From: Candidatus Cloacimonadales bacterium
Lineage (GTDB): Bacteria; Cloacimonadota; Cloacimonadia; Cloacimonadales; JAIOQZ01
Length of the DNA: 64,000 nucleotides
Reading direction: 5' to 3'
Assembly (NCBI GenBank): GCA_963662655.2
Contig: CAXXTU010000002.1
Coordinates: 3,584,001-3,648,000 of the forward strand
Within the stretch, counting starts at the first letter, position 1. Every line of letters starts with the position of its first letter. The notes under the pieces were generated by a model. That model saw only the letters and a list, made by a program, of their open reading frames with translations, was not told the DNA's origin and ran no database searches. This document shows positions 46,996 to 57,407 of this stretch, piece by piece. The translations under genes and the position numbers were made by a program.

Positions 46996-49900
46996 CTATT
47001 TGATATACATAATCTTCTTCATTTCAACAGATTCGCGGCTCCGCATGTGCACAAGATAGATACCGGTGGCGACCGGCTGATCATGCTGGTCGCGGCAATT
47101 CCACATCAAGCGGTGCATGCCTTTGCCGAAACGTTCCGAAGCCAGGACCGTAACACGCTGTCCCTTGACATTGTAAATCGCTACATCTACATTCGACGGC
47201 TCGTTCAATGAGAACGAGATGCATGTCTCGCCGTTGACCGGATTTGGGTACACCGGGTAGAGCCGGGTTGGCCATGACGGTATCTCCCCCGAGTCGATCG
47301 AAACTTCGTCCAGCGCCACCAGGAAAGTATCGCGGCACGTCGCACGGGTAATTGGATCGCAACGGTTCATCATTCCGGTTTTTCGCGATACAGGCTCCTG
47401 ATCGTTCGCTGTAACGATGATCTGCGTTGTCCCGAACCAGCCCTCCACCGACGTGAGAATCAGCGAACTTCCGTTTACCTGGGCGTTGATCTCATTCGGC
47501 TGGTACTCGACCGAAAATAGCAGGACATCGTTGTCGACATCGGCAAAGAATTCGGTCAGCACGTATTCGATCGGGTTTCCGAAATCCTGCACCCCGGTCG
47601 TGTCGGGCAGTTGCGCAAACAGATAAGGCGCATCGTTTACGGCATCGACCGTGATCTGGAAATCATCCGAGACCTGATCGCGCAAAGAGGTTTGCCTGCG
47701 TGCGTTTTGCTTGCGGGTTCGGCCCGTAACCCTTCCGTCGTCGGCTGTGATGGTAACCAGCGTCTGTCCCGACCAATCCGGAATGCACTGGATCCAAAGC
47801 GTGTCGCCGGTTATCTCCAGCGAGATATCCTCGTCGTTGAAATCGGCGCTGTAGGAAAGGGCGTCGCCGTTATCGTCTGCAATGTATGCACTCAAGAGAA
47901 GATAGAACGATGTAAAATCTTCTTCCAGCGTAAGGTCGGCAAATGGCTGCACGATGTGTGGCGCTGCGTTGCAAACCTCGATCAGATTTTCCATGGTCAG
48001 CGTCGTATCGCGCTCTCCGTCCGAGACCGCCAGCGAGACATCGTAAACTCCGGCAATCTCGTAGGTCCATTGAGGGCTGGGCTCCGTTGCGTCGATTTCT
48101 CCATCTCCATCGAAGTCCCATTGCCAATCGATGGCGTTGAAGGTGGCGTGATCGGTGAACTGAACCGTCAGGGGCGCCAGGCCGCTATCCACATCCCAGT
48201 AGAAGTCCACGTAAAGTGGCATGCTGTCCTGATTGAACCACACTGCTCCCATATCGGGAATGCTGCCGTCCGGGTCGGGCTGATTTTCAGGATGCCCCGC
48301 GTCGATGCAGGGCGAATAGACGTCGAGATAGAAGTCGGTGGAATCCTGCGTGACGAATAGCGGATCGGCGTTGATATTGCCTTCGCCTGGCCAGACGCCA
48401 TCCTCCCAGTCGATGTCGCAGTAGGTGATATCCGGACCTGATCCCGACACGATTTCCACCGGATTCGTCATCGGCTGATCGCCCCAGAAGATGCACTGAT
48501 AAACATTCGTCATGTTGACCGTTGTGCGAATAGCGCAGTCGTAATTGAAGAGAGTCCAGTTGGCGAACACATTCTCCGAACCGCTGATTACGTCCATCGC
48601 GGGTGTTTCAGTGTCTCCTGCGAACTGGTCGTCCCTGGTTGCGATGCAGGTTTCGCTTACACAGATATCCGTGTTGTTGTCGAGCGTCATGCATGTTCCA
48701 CAGTTATAGAAGTCTGTGTTGGAGACAACGAACTGGTTGTTGCCGGTAATGAACACGGCGTTCCGATAATTTTTGAAGTCCCCGTCGGTTATGTGCCCTT
48801 CGGACGGTCCTGTAAGATAAAACCCGTATTCTGCCTGCGCGTACCGCTCGTGAGCAATGGCCAGGCTTCGGATTGAAATCTGCCCAGGGCTTGGAAGCCC
48901 GTTGTTATCGATGACAATGCCTTTCTGGAAATTGCCCAGCGAATCGGATTCAAGCTCGATTTCGGCGATGTTGATAAAGGCAAGTCCTGTATGCGGTTCC
49001 CGTGCGCTGCTTTCGGTGTGGCGCACGCGGGTGTTGGTCAGTCTGATGCGCGGGAGTCCGGTCGCAGCAGGGTCATCGAATGTACCTCCGTTGGGATACC
49101 CTTCGATGAGCAGACTGTCGATCTCGATGTCGAATTTCCCTTCGAACTGCAATCCCGTATCCTCCAGCGCGGGAGACTCGTGCAGTCGATTCAGATGAAT
49201 GTTGCTGAACTGCATAGCGGCGAAGATATCCCCATTGTTGACGCCTCTGATTCCGACCTCGTAGCCGGAGATATGGATATTCCGCAAATCGGGCGAGGCG
49301 TTGCCGTTGATGAGGATCGCTGAGGTTGCGGGGCGTCCGTCGGGATGTGGACTTCCGGCAACGGCGATGTTGTGCAGGCTGGGAGACGACTCGTTGATGG
49401 TGATAGCGATGGACGCGCCCTCGACGCTCAAGCCGTCGATCACGTTGCCGTCCGAGGCGGGGTTGAACACCAGTCCACCCCATCCATCAGGCCCGTACGC
49501 GGTGAAATCTGCGTTGGTGGCAACCAGCGATCCGTTTACGGTCAGCGCTGAGTCCATCAGGAGGTTGACCTGCGTGTTTTCCTCGATGGTGAGCGTCACA
49601 TCCTCACGCAGAAGCAACTCGCCGGTGATGTTGTAGGGGCCCCCGGCCTCGGTCCAGACGATATCCGTTTCCACATCGCCGCCGGGAACCGTCTGGCCCG
49701 GGTGCACCAGTACAAAATCTTCTTTCGTGAGCCAGTTGACGTGCACACCATCGCTAACCGTCACGGAAACCGTCTGATGACCCTCGTCCATGTACGTCCA
49801 GACAGGGTTTTCTTCCTCCGAATCGACGTTGCCGTCGTTATCGAAATCCCACGCCCAACTCGTGATCGGATTGGCATACGAAACCGCGGAAAAGGTCAGC

Positions 49901-52900
49901 GCGAGTTCCTCGTCCCCGGCGACCACATTGTTGTTGAGCTCGCTATCGGTATAGAAGTCAAATTCCAGCGGTGTGAAGACGTTGATCCAGCAGTCGTCCG
50001 AGGCAGTGGTGCGATCGTGGGTGTCGGGCTGCCGCTCGCTACGCGATCTTGTGGAAGCTTGAAACCGGCGCTCGATAACACCGTCGTCCACGATGAAGGT
50101 CAGCTCTTCCTGACCGATCCAGTCGTACGAGCAGATGAAACTCACCTGTAAGCCGTTCACCTCGACGCCGATGTTGACGTTTCCTACGACCGTAAGCGCG
50201 AGTTCGTCACCGTCTTCATCCGAGACATACGGCGAAAAATCGATAACGGTGGTCTCGTTCTGGAGCATGTGCAGCGAATCCGGTAACGCGATTTCGGGCG
50301 GGTTATTGGGCCGGATTTCCAGCGTGATGGGTCTGCGGTAGAGCGTCAGTTCGGTTGCCAGGGTGTTGGTAACCTCGCAGGTATAGACGCCGCTGTCGCT
50401 ATCGACGAGGTTGTCGAGCGCAATGACGCTATCCGCTGCGAAGGGGCTGTCGTCTTTGTACCACTGGTAGACGTTGTGTTCGCCGCCCACGGTCGCGCGT
50501 AGGGTGCAGGATTCGCCGTGGCGAAGCGTAAGATGTTGAGCTGTCAGCACACTGTCTTGGGGAGCGTAGAGGAAGAAGTTGGATGGGACATCCAGATTGG
50601 GTTCGATATCTTCGAAGGTGAGTTGGTTGTCATGCACCCAGAGGTATCTCAGGGAAGGCATGTTTGTGAGGGCCGGAATGTCGGAGATATCGTTTCCATC
50701 CAGGTACAGGCCATCCATTTCTTCCATGCTGGCGAACGAAGCTGGCAGAGCGCCGGTAAGCTGGTTGTTGGAGAGGCTCAGATAAGATAATTCAGGCAGG
50801 TCTCCGAGTTCCTCCGGTATGGTTCCGGTAAGCTGGTTTCCTCCGATCCACAGTTCGCTGAGGTTTGTTAGCTGCCCCAACTCGGCGGGAATTGTACCCG
50901 TGAGGTTATTGTCAGCTAACCACAGTTGCGTAAGATTCGTCAGCAAGGCAAAATCGGTTGGGATAGCGCCGCTGAGTTGATTATTGGTCAGATCGAGCCC
51001 GGTAACCCGATGATTCCAAATCGTGACACCGTACCAATCCCTGAGCGGGGCCTCAGTGAGCCAGCTGTCGTTGTACGTCCAGTTGTCGCCATCCAGGTTT
51101 TCGTAGATCGAGATGAGCGCGAGGGAGTCTTGTTCGAAGAAGGAATTCGATTGCTGATTTTCATAAGCACCGATATCGATTCGGGAATCAAATATTCTCG
51201 GATTTCCAGCCAGATCAATTGATAACACAGGCAGATTGCTGGTGTCTGGGGTTCCCTGATTAATACAAGGAGACGAGCTGTCGAGAGACCAGTCAGCCTC
51301 TACACCATCATACGCGGGACCACTCCCGCCAGCTGGATTAACAAACACTGGATTAACATCAAGGTTTTCATCACATTCTCCTGGATAGCCATCTCCGCTG
51401 AAGCTACTCGTTCCCCCTTCGATGTTGCAATAATAGAATTTAGGGTGGGAGTTATCGTTTATTCTTATATGGCATTGATTGCTTCCCGATGGATTTTCAT
51501 TAAGAGTAATCAGGCAATTGGTGAAATTCGGGGATGAATTGGCATAGCACTCAAAGCCACCGCCATTCCCTGAGACATAATTTGCCACAATATCACAATT
51601 GACGATTTTAGGAGAGAATGCATAGAATTCGATGCCGCCACCCTCGTAGGCGGTATTGTTGCAGAAAATAGAATTGATGATTTCTCCGGAGTAACCATTC
51701 TCATAGCAGTCTCCCTGCATACCGCCTCCGGAGCTACCTGCATTATTGCTGATGATACAATTCTCGATTCGATGATATGCATCGTGGAAACGAATTCCAC
51801 CACCCCATCCATCACAGCGATTGTGATGAATCAGACAGTTCGTGAGATTCAGGGAAGCGCCAAATAAAACACTGATGGCTCCGCCGCTACGATGAGCATA
51901 GTTGTATTGGAAGGTACAGTTTGAGAAAGTTACTTCTGAGCTTCCCAGCAAGTACACAGCTCCACCGCGGTCGTCACTGACGTTGTTGTCGTTGTTGTAG
52001 TCCGTTGCTTTCCCATACTCGAAGATGCAATGAGCGAATTTTGATGAATCGTTTGTTGTTGGATTGTATTCGAAACGGATTCCCTTCCAACCTGTGTGGT
52101 TGTTATCAGAGAAGCCGGTGGTATCTGAAACGGTAAATCGTATTGAGTCAGAAGCTGTTCCTAATGCTAACAAGGTGCCTTGAACAACAAACTTATAATG
52201 TCCATCGAAAACAACCTCGACCCCTGGTTCGATAATTAGCGTTTCGCTATTTTGAATCGTGATATCGTCAATTACATGGACGGGAGAATCGGAGAGATAC
52301 CAAGTACCTGAAACATCACCTTCGGCAAGAAGGTTCATCGCAGGTTCCTGCCAGCTAAGGAAGGGATAGCCGCCGTTGGTAGCGCCGTCGATATGCCAGA
52401 TATCTTCGTTGCCGGTGTCATCGTTGGGATCGCCCAGAAAGTCCCAGGGAGCGTCCAACCCGACAGTGCTCAGGTCGGTGTAGGTTGCGATGTCCATCAT
52501 CTCGGCGGTGGTTTTGCCCGTGCCGCCGGCGCTGGTGGTCTGGCCGGAGGTTTCGGTGTCCCAGAAACAATTTACTGATGCACCGCCAGTGTAGATGCGC
52601 CCCACCAATCCACCCGTAGAACTGTTCCCCGTTACAGTGCCCGTGGAGAAGCTGGTTGCGGAACTCACAGAATGCGTTCGACCGATGAATCCGCCAACCT
52701 GATCGTCCCCACTAATCGCACCAGTGCTGTAGCAATCGTCAACACTCGCCGAATTTCCCGAACCAACTATGCCACCAACGCGACTCCCACCTTGTACGGA
52801 GCCAGTGTTCAAACACTCGGACATCGTGGATCCAGAGAAATACCCGCATATCCCACCAATATCGATGTAGGATCCTGAGATGGAAGAAGAATTCACGCAT

Positions 52901-53439
52901 TGGGACACGTTGTTGCCTGCCCATCCTTCCCCCACGATCCCTCCAACACCCCATGATCCGGTTGCATATCCACTAGTTGAGCAGTACTCAATCACCGTGC
53001 TAAATGCGTTGCCAACAAGGCAAGAAACACCTCGGTTTCCTGTGATATCCGCATTTACCAGAATACACCCGAGGATATGGGCTTCATTGACGCTTCCAAA
53101 CAACCCTTGGTCATAGTCCGTGGGTCTATTCGCGAATAGGCCGGAAATCATGTATTCCTGCCCATTATATTCACCGGTAAATTGATTCGTCTCGTTTCCT
53201 ATCGGGCTCCAGCCCTCGCCGCCGTTCCAGTTCTGGGTATCGCTGGCGTCGATGTCGACGGTCTGGATGAAGTGGTCGCCCCAACTCGTGTCGTTGGTGC
53301 TAACCCAAAGCAGGTTGTCGAGCGTGGCAATGTGCCATGGGTCGGCTTCGGTGCCGGAACCGGCAGGCTGGACGCCATCTGCGCATAGAAGAATGGGAAT
53401 CATCAAAAAAGCGAGGATGATGCTAATAGACTTATTCAT
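46996..53439 (-). CDS. 2147-aa modular secreted protein (GLUG, beta-helix, LRR, Ig, PKD, cadherin-like, FlgD/T9SS-type CTD)
   Basis: Signal peptide; GSGTEADPW, VGGIVG GLUG repeats, LxLxxNxLTGxIP LRRs, WDFDxDG PKD motifs, and YPNP...IYNVKGQRV. Confidence 0.9.
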   Translation of the reverse strand: MNKSISIILAFLMIPILLCADGVQPAGSGTEADPWHIATLDNLLWVSTNDTSWGDHFIQTVDIDASDTQNWNGGEGWSPIGNETNQFTGEYNGQEYMISGLFANRPTDYDQGLFGSVNEAHILGCILVNADITGNRGVSCLVGNAFSTVIEYCSTSGYATGSWGVGGIVGEGWAGNNVSQCVNSSSISGSYIDIGGICGYFSGSTMSECLNTGSVQGGSRVGGIVGSGNSASVDDCYSTGAISGDDQVGGFIGRTHSVSSATSFSTGTVTGNSSTGGLVGRIYTGGASVNCFWDTETSGQTTSAGGTGKTTAEMMDIATYTDLSTVGLDAPWDFLGDPNDDTGNEDIWHIDGATNGGYPFLSWQEPAMNLLAEGDVSGTWYLSDSPVHVIDDITIQNSETLIIEPGVEVVFDGHYKFVVQGTLLALGTASDSIRFTVSDTTGFSDNNHTGWKGIRFEYNPTTNDSSKFAHCIFEYGKATDYNNDNNVSDDRGGAVYLLGSSEVTFSNCTFQYNYAHRSGGAISVLFGASLNLTNCLIHHNRCDGWGGGIRFHDAYHRIENCIISNNAGSSGGGMQGDCYENGYSGEIINSIFCNNTAYEGGGIEFYAFSPKIVNCDIVANYVSGNGGGFECYANSSPNFTNCLITLNENPSGSNQCHIRINDNSHPKFYYCNIEGGTSSFSGDGYPGECDENLDVNPVFVNPAGGSGPAYDGVEADWSLDSSSPCINQGTPDTSNLPVLSIDLAGNPRIFDSRIDIGAYENQQSNSFFEQDSLALISIYENLDGDNWTYNDSWLTEAPLRDWYGVTIWNHRVTGLDLTNNQLSGAIPTDFALLTNLTQLWLADNNLTGTIPAELGQLTNLSELWIGGNQLTGTIPEELGDLPELSYLSLSNNQLTGALPASFASMEEMDGLYLDGNDISDIPALTNMPSLRYLWVHDNQLTFEDIEPNLDVPSNFFLYAPQDSVLTAQHLTLRHGESCTLRATVGGEHNVYQWYKDDSPFAADSVIALDNLVDSDSGVYTCEVTNTLATELTLYRRPITLEIRPNNPPEIALPDSLHMLQNETTVIDFSPYVSDEDGDELALTVVGNVNIGVEVNGLQVSFICSYDWIGQEELTFIVDDGVIERRFQASTRSRSERQPDTHDRTTASDDCWINVFTPLEFDFYTDSELNNNVVAGDEELALTFSAVSYANPITSWAWDFDNDGNVDSEEENPVWTYMDEGHQTVSVTVSDGVHVNWLTKEDFVLVHPGQTVPGGDVETDIVWTEAGGPYNITGELLLREDVTLTIEENTQVNLLMDSALTVNGSLVATNADFTAYGPDGWGGLVFNPASDGNVIDGLSVEGASIAITINESSPSLHNIAVAGSPHPDGRPATSAILINGNASPDLRNIHISGYEVGIRGVNNGDIFAAMQFSNIHLNRLHESPALEDTGLQFEGKFDIEIDSLLIEGYPNGGTFDDPAATGLPRIRLTNTRVRHTESSAREPHTGLAFINIAEIELESDSLGNFQKGIVIDNNGLPSPGQISIRSLAIAHERYAQAEYGFYLTGPSEGHITDGDFKNYRNAVFITGNNQFVVSNTDFYNCGTCMTLDNNTDICVSETCIATRDDQFAGDTETPAMDVISGSENVFANWTLFNYDCAIRTTVNMTNVYQCIFWGDQPMTNPVEIVSGSGPDITYCDIDWEDGVWPGEGNINADPLFVTQDSTDFYLDVYSPCIDAGHPENQPDPDGSIPDMGAVWFNQDSMPLYVDFYWDVDSGLAPLTVQFTDHATFNAIDWQWDFDGDGEIDATEPSPQWTYEIAGVYDVSLAVSDGERDTTLTMENLIEVCNAAPHIVQPFADLTLEEDFTSFYLLLSAYIADDNGDALSYSADFNDEDISLEITGDTLWIQCIPDWSGQTLVTITADDGRVTGRTRKQNARRQTSLRDQVSDDFQITVDAVNDAPYLFAQLPDTTGVQDFGNPIEYVLTEFFADVDNDVLLFSVEYQPNEINAQVNGSSLILTSVEGWFGTTQIIVTANDQEPVSRKTGMMNRCDPITRATCRDTFLVALDEVSIDSGEIPSWPTRLYPVYPNPVNGETCISFSLNEPSNVDVAIYNVKGQRVTVLASERFGKGMHRLMWNCRDQHDQPVATGIYLVHMRSRESVEMKKIMYIK

Positions 53440-53666
53440 ATATCACTCCAAGGTCGGAATTGATCTTTCTAACAACTATGCCCTACCTCCTCGGGCTTGT
53501 AAATCTTTTTTTAACATGTTGCGCATTTTGATTTGAGCGTGTACGTGAGTTTAGGCAAGGTTGGGGATTGTCGATAGAAGTTAGCTGCCGATTCTTGTCG
53601 ATTCACTTGACAGGCGCAGTTGAAATTGCTTTCCTAACCTGCGATAACAATGCCAAGGAGCTCCGG

Positions 53667-56600
53667 ATGCTTGAATCCCTGAACGACGCCCTGTCCAACG
53701 ACTCGATGCTCGAGAAGCTCGATAAACCGGTTGCCCGACCATTGCTCAAGGATGGCGAGAATCGCCATGTCGCGGTGCTCTTTGCCGACGTGAGGGGATT
53801 CACCGCGATGTCGGAACGATTGCACCACGAAGTTGTGCAGGACTTGATGGACAAGATTTTGTATCATTTCTCGCTGCGTGTCCAGAAGTACGGCGGGTAC
53901 GTGGACAAATACGAAGGCGACAAGATCATGGCGCACTTCGGATCGAAAAAGTTTCTGGAACAGACATCAAGACGCGCGATTTATGCAGGACTGGAGCTGA
54001 TCGACGTCATCGAGCGATTCAATGATATTCGATCCACGATCCCCGAATTGAGCGAAATGCAAAACGATCTCGCAATCCGGGTTGGAATCAACAGCGGCAT
54101 CGTGACAACCGGCAAGATGGGGCTGAAAAGAGAGGGCGATTTCACGACCATGGGCGATGTGGTGAACGTCGGCGCGAGGATGGAAGAAAACGGTGATCTG
54201 AACCGTGTGATGGTGCCTCAAACCGTTCGGGACGAGGTCAAAGACTACTTCCTCTTCCAGTTCAAGGGCGATGTTCATGCGAAGGGGAAATCTCTGCCTA
54301 TCCCGTGCTGGCTGGTGCAACGAATTCGTCATCGCCAGGTTGGCCGTGTCGTTTCGGACAATATCTTCGTAGGAAGATTCGAGCAATTGGCGAAACTCAA
54401 CGATATCTATCGAGAGCACTGCGAGAAGTTGCAAACTGAAGGCTACGATCAGAAAGTAAGCGTGATCGGCGTTAAAGGTAATGCCGGAATCGGCAAGACA
54501 CGGTTGATCGAGGAATTCCTGGGTCGCCTGGACCGTGACAGTGTCGTGAGATCGCAGATGTCGCCGCTGGTCCAGCCGCCTTTCGCAGCAATTGCGTCAC
54601 TTCTGCGAAGCCTCTTTCATATCCATCCGGATAGCAGCCGTGAATTCGCGACCAAGAGGATATCGTTCCGCTTGCGGGAGTTCATGGAATGCCTTCCCGG
54701 AATCTTCCAGGACACCTGTCAATCCATCGAGGCAGCGATCCTGTTTATCCTCGGTTTCCAGGTGGATGAAGACTATCGCAATATGGATCGGGAAGAGTTT
54801 ATCGCCCAGATCAATTACGCCACCCTGATTCTTGTGCAAGCTGTGATCAAACGGAGCAACCGCCTTGGATTACCGCTGATCATATATTTCGACGACATTC
54901 ACTGGATCGACGAGGCGTCGCTGAATACTGTGAATTACCTGATAAAAAACATCAATCGAATGAGCGATGCCGAGTCTCCGAAGCATACGGTGATCATGAT
55001 GCTGGCATACCGGGAAGGTTTCATACCAACCTCCGTGATGTTTCATCAGGCCCATTTCACCGAAATCCATCTGAAAGAGCTGGAGAGCTTTCACATTCAT
55101 CATCTGATAAACGAACTTCTCGCAGGTGTCCAGATACCGTACGAACTCAAGCAGCAGCTCGTTCGAAGCTCAGCCGGGAATCCTTTCTATCTGGAACAAT
55201 GGATCCGGCAGGTGCGAGAACGCGTTCGTCTGAATCCGGGATACCCCTTCAAAAGCGAAGAAATCCCCAACGATATCAATTCACTGATTCTTTCGCTGAT
55301 CAACGACTTCAGCAAGGATGCCGTGAAACTGTTGCAAAAGGCTTCCGCAATCGGGAACTCATTCTATCGTAATGTTTTGGACAAGCTTGGCAAGCTCCTT
55401 GAAGACGATACGGATATCGATCGAGAGTTCAAGACATTCATAGAGGCGGATTTACTGATGAAGCAGCAATCGGAGCATGACGAGCATTACATCTTCCAGC
55501 ACCAGCTCGTGCGAGACGCCGTATACAGTACGATTCTCGACAACAACAAGAAAATACTCAGCAAACTGATCGCTCAGATTATCGAGCAAGAGTTCGCCGG
55601 TGAATTGCACCAGTACACATTCCAACTTGCCGATCACTTCCATACGGCCGACATGAAAGAAAAATGCCGTGAATATGCCGAGAAGGCTCAAAATCTTGCG
55701 CTCTCCCTCAGCATGAATTTGAAAGCATTGTCATACAATACCCAGCTTCTCATTATTTGCCAGGAAAGCATTACGCCGAACTTTTACCTGCAACGGGCCC
55801 AACTTCTTATGGACATGGGGAAATACTCCGAAGCTATGGAAATTCTGAGGAATATCCAGAAAGCAGCCAGCAATCATTCCGGAATCAGATCGAGATATTT
55901 TCTCACCGTCACAAGGCTCTACCTCGCCTCCGGAGAAAGGATCAAAGCCAGGAAATTCCTTACAAGCCATCTCGATAAAATCAGCGAAGAAAGCAATCGG
56001 CTCGATGCGGAAATCATGCTGATGGACATTCGCCGGAATGAGGTAAGCGACGACAGTTTCATGGCCGATTCCAATGCTCTGCTGATGCGGCTCGATCATT
56101 TTCCGAACCTGAAAGCGAAGCTCCTGAATATTATGGGACTATACCAGTCAAGGCATGGGGAATACCGGAAAGCGCTGGAGAACTACCAGCTTGCACTACG
56201 ACAGAGCATATCCCATAAGTCGCTGTTGCGCTTTATCTTCCACAACATTGGCAATACGTACGCGAAACTCGGCGACAAAGACAAGGCGATCGAATACCTG
56301 CATAAAACGCTCACCCTCGCGAGGCTGATCGACGATGTGGGGGGCTGCGGCAAAGTATTGTCCGATCTGGCGACGGTCTATATGACGATGAACAAGACGA
56401 CGAAAGCGCTCAGCATGCTGGAGGAAAGCCTGGATGTGGCGAGAGTCACCGGAAATCTAAAGCATCAGGGTGTCGCGAGCTACAACATTGCAGTCAACTA
56501 TTTCCATCTGGGAGAATTCGCCAAAGCGCGCGAGTACCTTCGCCAGAGCGTCGACATCTGCAGAGAACTCTCCGACGATGCCGGACTTTGCCACGCGAAC

Positions 56601-56993
56601 GACCTGCTGGGGGACATCCTGTACGAAGAAGGCATGTTTGCGCAGGCTAGGAAAACCTACCTGAGCAACCTCGAATGTCAGATGAAGTTGCAGGATCAGG
56701 AAGGGATCGCCCACACGTACGGCAATCTGGGAAACATCGCAGCCGAGGAGAACGATCTCGATACGGCTGAGGATTTCTACCGTAAGCAGCAGGAAATTCT
56801 ACACCGGATCGGCGATATCGAGGGCGAAGCCAAGGCCTGGTTCAACTGGGGTGCGCTCGATGGCGATCGCGAACGGTACCCGGAAGCGAAGGAAAAGATC
56901 ACGCATGCCAGAAACCTTTTCACGCAGATCCAGGCACATATTTACCTCGATCAGGTTAATGAGTACCTGACGGAGCTTGAAAAACTGTTATAA
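53667..56993 (+). CDS. Class III adenylate/guanylate cyclase + STAND-type ATPase + TPR protein
   Basis: AAGGAG RBS; VLFADVRGFT, DKYEGD, GDVVNVGARME; Walker A GNAGIGKT; Walker B YFDDIHWID; GNPFYLEQ; C-terminal TPRs. Confidence 0.9.
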   Translation: MLESLNDALSNDSMLEKLDKPVARPLLKDGENRHVAVLFADVRGFTAMSERLHHEVVQDLMDKILYHFSLRVQKYGGYVDKYEGDKIMAHFGSKKFLEQTSRRAIYAGLELIDVIERFNDIRSTIPELSEMQNDLAIRVGINSGIVTTGKMGLKREGDFTTMGDVVNVGARMEENGDLNRVMVPQTVRDEVKDYFLFQFKGDVHAKGKSLPIPCWLVQRIRHRQVGRVVSDNIFVGRFEQLAKLNDIYREHCEKLQTEGYDQKVSVIGVKGNAGIGKTRLIEEFLGRLDRDSVVRSQMSPLVQPPFAAIASLLRSLFHIHPDSSREFATKRISFRLREFMECLPGIFQDTCQSIEAAILFILGFQVDEDYRNMDREEFIAQINYATLILVQAVIKRSNRLGLPLIIYFDDIHWIDEASLNTVNYLIKNINRMSDAESPKHTVIMMLAYREGFIPTSVMFHQAHFTEIHLKELESFHIHHLINELLAGVQIPYELKQQLVRSSAGNPFYLEQWIRQVRERVRLNPGYPFKSEEIPNDINSLILSLINDFSKDAVKLLQKASAIGNSFYRNVLDKLGKLLEDDTDIDREFKTFIEADLLMKQQSEHDEHYIFQHQLVRDAVYSTILDNNKKILSKLIAQIIEQEFAGELHQYTFQLADHFHTADMKEKCREYAEKAQNLALSLSMNLKALSYNTQLLIICQESITPNFYLQRAQLLMDMGKYSEAMEILRNIQKAASNHSGIRSRYFLTVTRLYLASGERIKARKFLTSHLDKISEESNRLDAEIMLMDIRRNEVSDDSFMADSNALLMRLDHFPNLKAKLLNIMGLYQSRHGEYRKALENYQLALRQSISHKSLLRFIFHNIGNTYAKLGDKDKAIEYLHKTLTLARLIDDVGGCGKVLSDLATVYMTMNKTTKALSMLEESLDVARVTGNLKHQGVASYNIAVNYFHLGEFAKAREYLRQSVDICRELSDDAGLCHANDLLGDILYEEGMFAQARKTYLSNLECQMKLQDQEGIAHTYGNLGNIAAEENDLDTAEDFYRKQQEILHRIGDIEGEAKAWFNWGALDGDRERYPEAKEKITHARNLFTQIQAHIYLDQVNEYLTELEKLL

Positions 56994-57138
56994 TACCATT
57001 TCCGCATTGACGAGTCATGAATCAGAGATAGAGAATGCGGAAATGCTCCTCTGGGGACGATTTCCCAGTTAGCCATTTCAAGTTTGGCGGTTGTTCAATC
57101 GGGAAATCGGATTATATTCTCCAGGCTTTTTCTCGCTC

Positions 57139-57345
57139 CTAATTGAATGGGTTGGGGAAAACCTTGGACAGCATGTTCGAGTATCGGGTTGGTTGCTTCC
57201 CCAGGTTGCCATTCGCCTCCTGGCTCTTATCAGCGATTTCCTCCCGGATATAACGCCTTTCGTCTGGATATACTTCATGGGACATACATCACGTCCGTAT
57301 ATGCGTAAGATCGCTCAGAGCCATTCTCGATCCATACGAACAAGC
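57139..57345 (-). pseudogene. Possible remnant of a CTD-bearing secreted-protein gene
   Basis: One frame reads ...EANGNLGKQPTRYSNMLSKVFPNPFN*, the usual start of the C-terminal sorting domain, then stops. Confidence 0.3.
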
Positions 57346-57407
57346 GATATAGACCGATAAAAACGGGATGATTATCGCAAGTTTCATTCTACCTCTGTTT
57401 TGCAAGG

